A stretch of DNA of 64,000 nucleotides from assembly GCF_036321535.1 (NCBI RefSeq), contig NC_087447.1:32490001-32554000 (forward strand), written 5' to 3'. Shown piece after piece: positions 24,011 through 36,479 of the stretch. The position numbers and the translations under genes are program-made. Source of the DNA: Camelus dromedarius (taxonomy: Eukaryota). Each line of letters starts with the position of its first letter. The stretch's first letter is position 1. The notes below the pieces were generated by a model, which saw nothing but the letters and a program-made list of their open reading frames with translations, searched no databases and was not told the DNA's origin.

Positions 24011-27000
24011 AAAGAATTTTATTTTCTATCCAAATGGAAAAACTTCATGTGTACCCTCTAAGTGAAATATTTTAATTGTGATAATTGATGGGAAGCACTT
24101 TGTAAGTTCTAAAACATCAAATCCTTGGTATTCCCTGAGTCCTATTTCAAGTGTTTAGCAAATGCTTGCACACACATACATGCATGTCCATGCACACACA
24201 ACTAAGTATCTACTCAGAAAGCCCATTCACTATACTCCTACATTATATGGGAATAATGTTGGCCTTATCTGATGTCTGAGTTAACCACATAAGAATTTTA
24301 GATCAGAAGAAAACAAAATGTAATCTTAATTAAAAATAAATTATATACTTGTATTATACTCCATACTGCTCATCTAAGGAAAAGGCATGTAGATATTACT
24401 TACTTTTTAAAAAATCCAAATTATTAAACCAGTCCTAACATGTTCAAAGATTCACCTTAATTATGTAAACTTGAATTACTACATTAAAAAATATGTCTGA
24501 GTTAGCAGCTTCTATATTTTTTTTAATTTAGAACTTTTAGACTATTAGAAGTTTGGTTTACTTATTTTCCCTAAATTTGGGGAATATTAGATTTTTATAA
24601 ACACTTATTTATATCTATAAATTGTATAGATCTTATTTAAGAAATACTATCATTTATTGCTATTCTCTTGGGGTAGGAAAACATTTTATCCATGTACAAT
24701 AAGAGATAAAGGGTTTTATCAATTACAGATACATAGACACATAGAGTTCTTATAATTTCAGTTTGAAGGTTAAAAATAAACAGAAAAATACATAAGCTTA
24801 CCAGTTAAGATCCTAGAGACCTTTTTGTTTCCCCAATGGGCACACAATTCTGAATTGATCAGAGCTCATAGTTGATAAAGAGACAAACAAAAAGACTATC
24901 AAATCAGATTCTCTACTTTCATTGGGCAGAAAATACATCTCCATCATCCATTTGACCAAGATCCCAAATGATCGTGTCATTAAACCAAATACGCCATCGT
25001 TGTTGCCACCAATAGCGAATGGCTTGAAGGTCATGTGCTAACCAGCAACAAGAACAAATACTCCAAGTCAGAAAAGAGTAAAAGATAAACCAAGAGAAGC
25101 AGAGAGTCAGCAAGAATAAAATTCTATTGCTGCTTGGGATTCACTCTGACTGGGAGTCAAGAAGAAACATGCTTGAGTTGGAGCAGACCGTGAGATTCAC
25201 TTCTCAAGTCATTCAGTTTAATTGGTTTGTAAGATTAGTCCACGTAGGTATCTTGGCTGAACAACCTTCAAAACTGCTAGAGAATAGTTTTCAAAAGATT
25301 AAAATCATGACCTTCCTACAAATACCAAATGAACACCTGTCAAAATTTTTATTCAGTTCGTTAGAGAACGAGTAAGATGTTAAGATCAATTCAAAGTGAA
25401 TTTAACTAGACAAATCAGCAAAGAGTTGTTTAGATTGCTGGATTTGATACAAAATTGATATCCTGCAGGGCAAAAAAAGTAACCTATGGATTCAGCATTT
25501 GCACAGAAAAGTTGCGTCTTTGCCAGACAAAATTCTTAAAGCTAACATGTCAGATCACTGCAGCTAAACTTTAGTTTAATACAATAAAATAAAGAAAGTT
25601 ACATTTTTAAAGGACTGAGGTCTGTACTCACTGAAATGGCAGTTTAATGAAAAGGTTGTATCTCCTGCATAGACGATCCAAGGAATATGTGGAAAGATAG
25701 AGGTCACAGCCGTTCAATTCTGATGAAACTCTCCCAAACAAAATAACTAAATTGCCAGGGTGGAGTCAAGAACTATAGCTACGCTTTCTCACCATGAAAG
25801 GTCTGGTCTGGATTTTCTGTCTTGACTGCCTTTCAGGGAACAGATAATGGACCACTGAAGAATGGGTAGCAGAGGGCAAACAGTGGGTGGAGCAAAGGGA
25901 GATGCTGACAATTGCCTGATACCACAATGAGCTGGACCTATCTTTGTCCTTGCGTATAGTGTGGTATTTTTACTTTGTGTACCTGTGTTTTTTTTCTTTG
26001 TTACAATAATGACTATTCTCTCACTTAATTGACAAGTGGTTGGGACCATTAAATTGACTCACGGCAACCCCACAGGAGAAAAAAAGAAATCTACTTGGCC
26101 TGAAGGGGAAGATGTAGGTCATGTTCTAAAATGCAATCCTGATAGATGGTTCTCAGGACCATAAAGTGGTTGTTGTCGTGGAAGGATTATTACTCTGTCC
26201 CAATCACAGAAGTCTTTAGGTCACAGCTCTCCACCATGTCATCAATGACAACAGCAATTTTTTCCTAGATGTAAGTGTGATTGTGTATATATTTTGTAAA
26301 TTCTTTGTCATCACTCATTGTTCAATCACTTTTCCCCAAACATGTAACTTTTGTAAAGTGTCTTCGCATCTCAATTGTTTCTTTGTGATAAAAATTGATG
26401 CATTTTTAAGCTTTTGTTTTTGGCTTTATTCTTCCATAAATTGCCATCTCAAAGCTCAGTTCATTGCCTGTTATTGGCATTATCAATACTTGAATCAGCA
26501 TTGTCAAACAAGAGTGCATGTGAGAGAGGGGTGAAAATAATCAAAGTGTGTACTTGGCTCCAGATGCTTTGGCAGGGAAAAGGGGTGTGAGGTAGATGCC
26601 TAATTTCTGAAAGTCAGGAGTTCAAAGGTTAGAAAATACTAGAAGGATATGATGTTTTCTGACCTCCCTATTTATGTCAGATAACAGGGAGGGGGTGCCA
26701 CTTGCATACGTGCAAATACTGTGGTGTTTGGAGTAGGGCAGCTGGAAGCTGGGGTGGTGTGCAGGGAGGGACAGAGGCAGATTTAACAAGAGCTTGTGAA
26801 AATGCTTACAGAACCTTTTAAAACAGTTTTCACATCCTGCCCTTCACGGAAGAAATCAGCTACAATAACTAGGTTGCAGCAGTAAGCCTTAAGCAGAGGC
26901 AGAACAAATGTGATTTCAGGAGTTCTAGAATGCCTCTTCATTTTCCTAAAACACTCCAGTGTTTGCTAGTGCCAGAAATCCTGCTGTTAGAGAGGTTGGT

Positions 27001-29584
27001 CCATATCTGAGCGCCGTCTGCTGATAGTGGGACTAGCCTGGCTGAAGGACATATAAGCTGGAGAAGAATATCCAAACAGCTGACAAAGAATAGAAAGGTC
27101 CTGAATTGCATAGCGGGATCGAGATCATGATGCCACAAGATGGATGCACTGTAAAAGCAGGTCGAGGAGACAAGTAGGAGGGTAGGACGGGCCAGTACCT
27201 GTCCCGGGGATACTGACCACAGCTGGCTGGCTCTTATGAGCCTCTTGCATTTGACGTTTGAGAAATAAACTGCAGTTTAAAGGCCAGAAAGATGGACAGT
27301 CTCAGATTGTGTAATATACTCTGTTGAAAACAAAACCCCCCAAAAGAGGTCACTGTTAAGCTACGATTTTGTATGACAGCCTTTCTCAGATCTTTTCTGA
27401 GACCAGGTTTGGAGGGGAGGATAGGTGAAGGACAGGGGTCTCTGAGGGCTTTCCTGGGTACCCCTGAGGGAACGGCGGGTGTGAGGATGGGAGCATAAAG
27501 TGGGTAAAGAGGACTAGATCTATTTCAGCTTTTCTTGAAGCGAGTCCTTGTTCTTAAGGCAAGGCTGGAGATCTTGCCTGGTGCAGTGGAGTGGCTATGA
27601 AAAGACCTCTATTAAATTCCCTTTTATTCACTATCAAATATAGTATCTTCTCTGAAGGGTAATGAAACAAATCCTGCCTACCTCATAGGATATTTGAGCT
27701 GTTTAAATGAGATTAGAAATGATATTACCCAATTCAATAAATAGTTCATTAAGCAGCGTAGAAATATAAAAGGGTTATTATCATTCCTCCTAACAACTCA
27801 GACATTCATTTGTTCGACTAACACCCACTGAGTATTTCCTGTGTGTGAACAGTGAATAAGATAATTCCTGCCCCAAAGAAGCTAATGATATGAGTATCAT
27901 TATTATGTAAACATCCTACAAATTCCTTCTCATCTGCACACATACAAGCCCTATTTGTAAAAACTCTTTTAGATTCAAAGTTTAAAATTCATGGCAAAAT
28001 TTTGGCAACTATTAATGAATTATGTTACATATTTTTAATTTAGGTGACAGCCAAAACAAATCTTATCAATATCATGCCAAAGAAATGTGCCCTTAGTAGT
28101 CATTTTAAGCTATCATAAATAACCAAACACTAGGAGCTGCTAACAGTATTAACTTGGGTCCTCGGTCAGAACCAGAGAAAGTGCAGTGGCAATTGCAAAA
28201 ATTGAAAACTAGCTCTTTGATTCAGAAGCAGCTTCTCAGAACAACTGGAGTCTTAGGTGAAGGACAGTCTTGGACTCTGTATTTGAACAAATGACATCCC
28301 CACGGGCAACAATTTTGAAAATCACTCTTAGACAAGATTGCAATGTGATATATGGAAATCGCCCCTAGTTCTATCTTATCCTTGGGTTGCGGAACCAAGG
28401 GAGGCACGGAAGTGAGCTATCCCCTTTGCTGCCTTGTCAGATCAAAGTACGTTTATTTATTCCAGCCTTTTGCTGTTTTGAGCCACGAGAGGCAAGTGCA
28501 ACACAGGCTGGTTCCTAGATTCAGCAGATACTCTGAGAAGGAGAAAAACCTCCCTGTTCACTTGAAGCAGTGCTCGTTACATTTTCTTCTTACAGCTCAA
28601 AAAGAGCATTCTTATCCTTGCCCTGTGACCTGCAGAAACCAAGGAGGCCATGGGAGGCGGTCACCTCAACCCCTTCAAATGTTGACCCATCACCCATAGT
28701 GAATGAGGCGAGCTACCAAGTTTAAACACTTCCATGCTGACTTTCTCCAAGAATTAAAACCATGCCTTTGGTTAAGAGGTTAGGTTGTAAAGTCATCATC
28801 CAGGAAGCACTGCCTCTGCCATGAATATATTCTAGAACAATCAGGAGGCAACACCGTACATAATGTGAATAGAACACAGACTTCAAAGCAGGCACATTCC
28901 AGGTTTTAAATCTCATCTATTCCCACTTCCCAGTGCGTCTACTGATTAACTTTTTGGTCTTCGAGAGGGTACTCAGCTTTTCTAAAATGTTAATTTCTTC
29001 ATTTGTGAAGCTAGGAAGAATAATGACTACACTATGAACGTGTTATAAATATGAGAATCGCCTTGCAAATGCAATGCTGTCATCCCCTCCCACAGCCCAT
29101 CCTTCTGACTTCAACCAGGGATATTTTTCAAGTCGCACAAATGGCCCCACACTGTTCTCAATGATTAAGTACAAACTCATTAATGAGACTGCTGAGGCCC
29201 CGCGTGGTTTGAAAAGTGCTTATTTCTCCCACCTTGTCAATCATTCCTCTCCCCGACACTGTGTAATCCAGGTGTTTTCAACCGGATCCCCAAACATTCT
29301 TTGTCTTTAGGTGTTATCACGTCTAACCTCATGCCAGTCTCTGTCCCAGTGCCTCCTTTACTCAGCTGTATTTGTACTCATTCTTCCAACCTTACTGGTT
29401 ATTCTTAGAATTCTTCTTTGACTTCTCCAAGTCCAGCTTTGGTGCTCCTCCCAAAGGTCTTTCTGTCTTAGCGCTTGCTGTGCTGATTGTAACTGCCTGT
29501 TCACGTGCATGCCTGTCTGCACCTAATGCCTGTATCATAAGTTCCACAAAGTCCCATAAACTCGGATATGGCAGTCATTAGTAG

Positions 29585-29822
29585 TCAGTTTCCAGTGAGA
29601 AGCTGCTATTTGGCTCATAGACAGCTGTCTTTTTACTTCATCCTTACGTAGTGGGAGTGGTGAAGAGGCTCTCTGGAGTTTCTTTAATAAGGACACTAAT
29701 TCCATTCATGAAGGCTCCACTCTTATGACCTGATCACCTCCTAAAGATCCCACCTCCAAAACCATCACAACAGGGATTAGGTTTCACCATGAATTTGGGG
29801 GAGACACTTTCGGTCTACAGCA
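29585..29822 (-). mobile_element. MLT1A-like MaLR LTR, 5' part
   Basis: 'taataaggacactaattccattcatgaaggctccactcttatgacctgatcacctcctaaagatcccacctccaaaaccatcaca...gaatttgggggagacac...tctacagca'. Confidence 0.88.
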
Positions 29823-31034
29823 GTTTTCCGGTGGAATCTGATGACTCCTGGGCTGAGAATCACTTTTCAGCTTATGTAGACTGCCAGGCTCCGCTAAACC
29901 AGAATAAGAATTTCTGGGAGTTAAGTTTGAACATTTCCATTGCTCACAAAATACCAAATAACTTACATGCACACTAAGGTTTGACAGGGACTGAGAGAGC
30001 AAGTATTCAAATGAATATTTGATAATTAATTCAAATGAAATCAGGTTTCTGTGTTTGCAAAATGCATCCCAATCTCTGGCTCAGCCATTGGCAAAAGCAG
30101 AGTGGAATGCTGTGCCAGCTCCCTAGGATTATTTTAATCAATTATGTAATACTTCCCTGGTGGATGAGCGGTTTCCTCCAGACACCCCTGCTTTGTGCCA
30201 TGCAAGCATGCACTGCATGTGTGAGACTGTAGCATCTGCAGATCTAATATAGCAGTTAACTATTCCAGGACATTCTCTGCCTTCTTAGTTGTGTAGTGGA
30301 TTGCAAATACAAAGCTCCATGCACTGGCTCTTTATACACAGAACAACAACACTTTTGGAGACAGGCCTGGGCTCTTTGGAACAGGTCCAAGGGAGAGATC
30401 AGTCCTCAGCATCACAAACCAGGGCTTCTTTGTGAAAACTTCCACCTCCACCATATATTAGGTAATTTTCCTTCCCGAGGCTGTTTCCCCCTTTATTATA
30501 TCAAGTCATTTCTTTTTAGGGGCATACATTCTGCAGTGAATCTTAATAGGACATACTTTGTGCTGTTTTCATATAAATCTTATGTAAAGAATAGCTCATT
30601 AGATGGTTAGTAATGACTTGTCTTAGGGGAAGAATAAGAAACAAAATAAACAAAGCATCCATAATGGAGAAGAAGGTACTGCTCACAAAGTCTGTCTGGA
30701 TGGAATGGAAATTAGGAGGAAAAATCTAAGACAGACCTACTTTCTAGAAAATACGTTTTCAAAGACATTGCCAGCTTTGCAGCATGCACAGCTTAATTAC
30801 TGGATTTGCATTCCAGCTTACGTTTACTACTGTGGTACATTTGAAAATCATATACAGTAAAATCTGAAGCAGAATGTATAATTCTGCATTGCATTTCAGA
30901 GTGGGAGAGTGAGCCTCAAACCAGAAGACACAAGTATGTATCAGAAACTGAATTTTTAAAAACAACCAACAAGATGTACATTAGGGTCAGTCCTCATTTA
31001 CACCTTCTGCAGGTATTAAGAATTGGTTCTTGTG

Positions 31035-31250
31035 AAACAGTCAGTAAACATTTGGTAAGTGCCCACCATGTGCTCCTCACCACAGTAAGCACCAAACATA
31101 TCTGATAAATAAAATACGGTCACTTCCACAAGCCGTTCAGGGGAAACAGCCAGTAAACAATCAAGGTATGATGTGGGTAGAACAGAAATGAAGAGTATGT
31201 GCTGGGTGCTGGTGGGAGCTGAGAGGAGAAGAGATGACTCTAGGGTTCTG
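31035..31250 (-). mobile_element. L2 3' fragment
   Basis: 'tcagtaaacatttggtaagtgcccaccatgtgc...ataaataaaatacggtcacttcc'. Confidence 0.6.
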
Positions 31251-31962
31251 TAAGAGCATCTTCAGTCTCTTCCTCCTTAGGGAAGAAACAGGGCTTCTGC
31301 ATTTTTGCAGAGATTTTTCTAACAGTTTTGTACACCATTTAGTTGTTGAAAATAGCCCATTTGTAACCTCGAGTCGGGAAAAATCTTATATCCCAAATGA
31401 AGAGCTTTTATCTGAGCCTGTGCAGCCTTGGACACAAGGTATTTAAGTCATGGGGAAGATCCTACCAGAGAGCATTTCTCAGAAATATATTTCTTTCCCA
31501 TTTTTAAAACCAGAGATGCTTATAAAAGCAATCTCTCTACAGTGGACAAAGTGAGTCCCCATAAATATCTCTCACAGGGCCATAACTCATTTTTGCAGTT
31601 CTTATTTTAGAAATTCCTGCTAATAGGAACTTAGTTTGTAAGTTGTGTTGGAGCCAAGAAACTGCCCACAGATTTCGGTGGCTGAACTGTGAACAACTGC
31701 AGTTTAAGAGACTGGGTGGATCCAGAACTAAATCAGACTTGATGTTAGAATACACCAGCCAGACTGGCATACGAAGAGAGAGAAAGAGTACAAATGCAGG
31801 AGCGAAAAGAGAAGAGGCTCTAGATTGAGACCCCAGTACCAGCCACATCAACTTCACAACCCCCGGATGAACCCTATAAGTATTTCGATAGTTAGAACCA
31901 CACCACTCTAAAAATGAATTTTAGCAAAATACACATTATTTCCCTAAAAGATAAGCTCTTTT

Positions 31963-32608
31963 TGTTAGAACAGGCAGATAGCTAGATAAGAGCAGAGAAA
32001 GGTGGACACAGGCCAAACAGCAGGAACTGGGCAGGAAGGGGTGGGTACTGGCCAAATGCAGGAAACTATGTGTCATGTAAGCACCAGGGGTCCCTGGGCA
32101 GACAAAGAAAAGCAGGAACCTCTGGGCTGATAAGTGGTCACACCTTCTGGAGTGATGAGAGGCCTGGAGGTTGACAAAGAAGGGTGGGGAAAGGCAGGAA
32201 TCTCCAGTGTCCAAATGTAACCTTTTGCTCATTATGCCCTCATTTCAATAAAATTAACCTTGCAGGTTACAAGTACCCATTGTGCACCAAAGCCATGACA
32301 CTTCCGATCCAGACTAAATAAGGACAAAAATCCCTCCTCCCCTCTGGAAGGTGGAGATGGGATGAAAATCAGGGAATACAACCCCAGACCCTTCCCTCTC
32401 TAATAAATATTCCGCCCATTCATTTTTACACTCTATGTAACCGACTTGCCAAAGAAACTCAGGGTAGCCGCTCACCTGAGCCTGCCCACTCTCCCCTTGA
32501 GAGTGTACTGTCTCTTAATAAATCCTCACTTTACTTTCTTAACCTCTGTGTCTCATCTCATCTCTGAATTCCTCCTGGGACGGGACAAGAACTTGGACAC
32601 TGGTAACA
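31963..32608 (+). mobile_element. ERV1-class solo LTR (MER41/MER50-like architecture)
   Basis: Inverted termini TGTTA...TAACA; R/U5 motif 'gagagtgtact...aataaa...tctgaattcctcctgggacgggacaagaac'. Confidence 0.88.
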
Positions 32609-34934
32609 TCTACCGGCAACATCTTCTCAAGAGTCCTTGTGTATATAAAGACTTTATGGATGAGGCAGAAACACCTTCAGAACTAAAACCCTGGATAACT
32701 AATTAACCACACCCTACTTTAACTGTACTCTGTAGGTATCTCCCTGCCTATGTTAATCATTAGTAAATGGCTTAGTTCTTGATGTGGAGTTAAGTCTTTC
32801 TGTTGCTTCCAGCAGGAAACCAAGTGAAAGAAAACCCCACAGGTGTTGTTAAGGCAAACTACCTGAGCTCAGGTGTAAGCAACATAGCTTTTTGGTTAGA
32901 ACCTTTGCTCAAAGTAGATGAAATACATCACTCTTTTAAAACTTCTGAGGTGATAAGTAAGATAAAAATAATGATTCCCATTTTACAGGTGCAGAAACCA
33001 GATTACTGAGAGGTTAACTCACTAGTCCAATATTAAAATTCTAAGAAATCTTATTCCCATTTAGACAGGAGGAAGCAGGCTTGGAGAGACTAAGAGACTT
33101 GCCCAGGGGCAGTATTAAAGCTAATAAACCAGCAGAGGCGGGGCCTTAATTCAGATCCTCCAGCACACTGACCCTGCTCTTGGCCCTCCTCTTCAAGCTC
33201 AAGAGTGATGACATAGGTTAGGGTTTTACTGTTTAACTGGCTAAATTGCATAGTTTCTTTTACCAAAACTCCATTCAACATTTCAGGGAGCCTTGATTTC
33301 TAAGTATTATCCATACACGCTAGTACAGTACTCCCTTGGGGCTTGGTTTGCCCGATTTTCAGTCTTCAGTAAATATTTATGACTGCTTGTGAAAAGTTAG
33401 TAATCTGGAAGTTAATTGCTGATAAAGGAATTGCTGACACATGAAGTCAACTCTAGCAGCCCTGGGAGCAAAGTAAGGCAGATTGCCCCATGGACTGGCT
33501 GCAGATGTCAGGTTAGCTGTACTTTCCAGAGATCTAAAGTCAGCAAGAGAGTGTTTTGGCACTTTCTTAATTTAGTTTTTACAAAGTAATTATGATAATA
33601 TTAATCTTTTAGGGTTAGGAATACCTTTGACAGTTTTGTATACCCTCTAGGAAAGGTCTCAGAAAATTCCCTTTTGTATATTTCTGGGATATATGTATGG
33701 AGTACTTTTGTGGAAGTGAAACACTTGCAAATAAGAATAAGAAAAATAAAAGAGGTTTAATAATTTGAGAATAACATTCTCTTTTTTCATTCCTCCCCTC
33801 TTCCCATAATGGCACTACCTCCACCCATCAAAGCAATGAGGCACTGTCTTCATGGTAGGTACTTAAGACCCTCTGATAAATAGAGAAATATAGTTTTGGA
33901 CCGAAAAACAAAGAATCCTGGCGATGGAAGGCATTTAGTCATTGGAAATGAATTATGGAATCTTTTTATATGTATGTTTGTTTATAATTCTGCTGTGCTC
34001 ATAGCACACTGCTGTATATTAATGATCGGACCTTGTTATCTGGTGACTGCTGAGGACATAATAGGAATGTTAGAAAGATTTTATGAGAATAGTTTAATAC
34101 TTTTAATATTAAAACAATGAGGCAGATCATGCAGGCAAGCAGGAACATTTAGCAAATCATCTACCTTTTCCCTCTGAGGATTTAACAGCTAATGGTAGAC
34201 TAGCATGAATGCCCTGACATTGGTGTACCGCCTTTTAAAAAATTTCCTTCTATTAAGGTGGTTTAATTTTTTGGACTATCTTTTCTTACTCTTTGTTTCC
34301 TTCGACTATGAGTTAAATAAGTTACAATTTTTAAAAAATGAGATGTTAGGTTTCCAGAAATCTAAGGTGGTTAGAAATGATCCAAAGACGCTGTTTCTGT
34401 TTTCCATGGATATTATACATAAGATTCCAGGAAAGTTGAATTCAAGAATGACCTCTCTAGATATACAGTGAGGATGTGGGGTTTTGAGGTGATAAACACT
34501 GAACTTGAAGAGTTTGAAGGATCACATTTCTCTCTCTCAGATAGTTCTCTGACTTTATAAAATTAATAAAATATCCCAAATGACCATGATATGACTATCT
34601 TTGAACGTGCTGAGACCACAAAAACTACAGTGGCTAAAGGAAGAGACCTAGACTGGAACAGAGATTAGTCCAGTTACCAAGGAAGTGACCATTTACTGTG
34701 TGTCTATCATTTGCCAGTGGACTAGCTGAGAACTTAATTTTTACCCCTAATCTTCAAAACTGTCCTGTAGAACACGTTACATTTTTAACTTCCCAAATGA
34801 TAAAACTGAAACTCAGAGTGATTACGTTATGTACCCAAGGTATAAGTTATGTACCCAAGAGAATAAGTAAGTTAATTTGATCTCGTGTCTGATTCCAGAG
34901 GTAAGCGTGTTGTAACAATGCTTTCACACAATTC

Positions 34935-35481
34935 TGTTAACCACCCTTTCCAGTCTGGCCTCACCAAGGTTCGCCCTACCTGGTGTCCTTCAAGCCAATA
35001 GAATACGACTGAGTTTCGTTCAGAAGCAAAGTAAAGTTTTATCCTTTAATGAAATTATAGGCAGGTGTGAGCTCCAGCTCTATAGCACATACTCTCCCAG
35101 AAAGGCCGTGGGTGGGGCGGCTTAATAGGGTTCCCGTCAGCAGGGAGGGGCGGGGCAGCTCAGGCTCCAGAATGCAGTGCGGCCGCAGCGTCTCTGCCCT
35201 CAGCCCTCCACCGCCACCGCCACCGCCGCCGCCATCTTGTGCTGTGGCGTTGTGCACGGAGCTCCAGCACACGGTCCCCGAGCCCAGGTGTTGGCCGCAG
35301 CCACTTCGCACTAAGAACTCTGCTGTGAAGTGCCGGGTACAGGGACTCTGCACTCAGCCTGCTGTGAGCAAGTGAAACTAGACGAGGCACAAAGGGAAAG
35401 AAAAAAAAAAAAAGGTTACTCTTTATTACCTAGATTTTATTTTTACTTCTCAGGAATTGTTAATGAGCTTTGCTGGTGACA
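34935..35481 (-). mobile_element. CpG-rich ERV solo LTR, probably young and lineage-specific
   Basis: Termini TGTTAACCA...TGGTGACA; 4-bp near-TSD attc/atta; the minus strand has GC box, TATA-like CCTATTAAG and ATTAAA in U3-R-U5 order. Confidence 0.72.
35045..35240 (-). promoter_or_regulatory. Putative LTR promoter core: YY1 site, Sp1 GC boxes, TATA-like element, poly(A) signal
   Basis: GCCGCCATCTT at 35228-35238; GGGGCGGGG at 35147-35155; GGGGCGG at 35114-35120; minus-strand CCTATTAAG at 35121-35129 and ATTAAA at 35045-35050. Confidence 0.5.
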
Positions 35482-36249
35482 ATTAGTGCACTGTTTTTGT
35501 ATTTCGATAGGAAGTTTCACTTGATGTGATTAGTCCAAGGAGAAAACCTGAAGACAAATTTGCAAAATCTGTATCATCCATCTATCTATCTTGAAGCAGA
35601 ATGAGGGGCCAGTTAAAGGCTTCGTCAACAAAGTTATTTCCTCTGGGTGATAAACCAGTTCTTAATGGCCATGAAGGGAGGATGACTCGCTCCTAGTCCC
35701 TTAAGGACTATCATCCCTTGCGTGGAGATGCCTGGTGACTGTCACAGAGCAGAGCGAGCTCAGTCACAGGCTTGCGCTACCTGAGCCAGCCCAACGGGCT
35801 ACCCTTGAAAACAAAGCGGGTCAGTCTCATTGATGCCTGGGAGCCAGAATCGCACCCAGAATAAATCAGTCTCGCGGTCTCATTTGTCAGCCTGATGGTT
35901 TTAATTGTTAAATCGGAAGTTTAATTTGCCATGCTTGGATAACAATCCAATTCCAGCAAAGCATATGCATCAAGTGATCAATGGGGGACAAGTATAGAAA
36001 GTTAATGGTAACTGATCCTTGAATCCTGATGTAAGTCAGAACAATAGGAAAATTTCAACTTTGCTTATTTCTCTCATTATTTGATATCTTAGAGATCTAG
36101 GGAAAATTTGATCAAGTTAGTCCTTTATTTTTATCTATTATATTCCAGATACACAAAAACACACATATATTCTTGTTCATTGTTTTAGTTTTCTGCTGAT
36201 TGAATTACCGAAGGCCATTTAGGTTTAAATTTTTCTGTTTAATCTCCAT

Positions 36250-36420
36250 AGTAACGCTAAGACGTGTTGTCTCCATTTTATAATGAGGAACCTGACACTT
36301 AATTCTGATAAATAAATAGCTCTCAGTAGGTCACAGAACTTGTCAATGCCAGCACCAAGATTCAAATCCAAGTGGGTCTGTCTTTGAAACCTACGTATTT
36401 TTAAAAAACCCATAAGGACT
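36250..36420 (-). mobile_element. MIR SINE
   Basis: 'tctccattttataatgaggaacctgacact...aggtcacagaacttgtcaatgccagcaccaagattcaaatccaagtgggtctgtct'. Confidence 0.8.
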
Positions 36421-36479
36421 CCCATGCAAATTGCAAATAATGAAGAGTGAGCAACCTATTAGGAGACTATCATGGTAAA

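Noticed and set aside
35039..35390. Poly-Gly/poly-Pro ORFs and 'aagatggcggcggcg' as the first exon or retrocopy of a housekeeping gene
   Set aside because: The ATG frame on the minus strand stops after a few codons (ATG GCG GCG GCG GTG GCG GTG GCG GTG GAG GGC TGA). LTR-like termini, near-TSD and signal order fit an LTR better, and the A-run at 35401 is internal to it.
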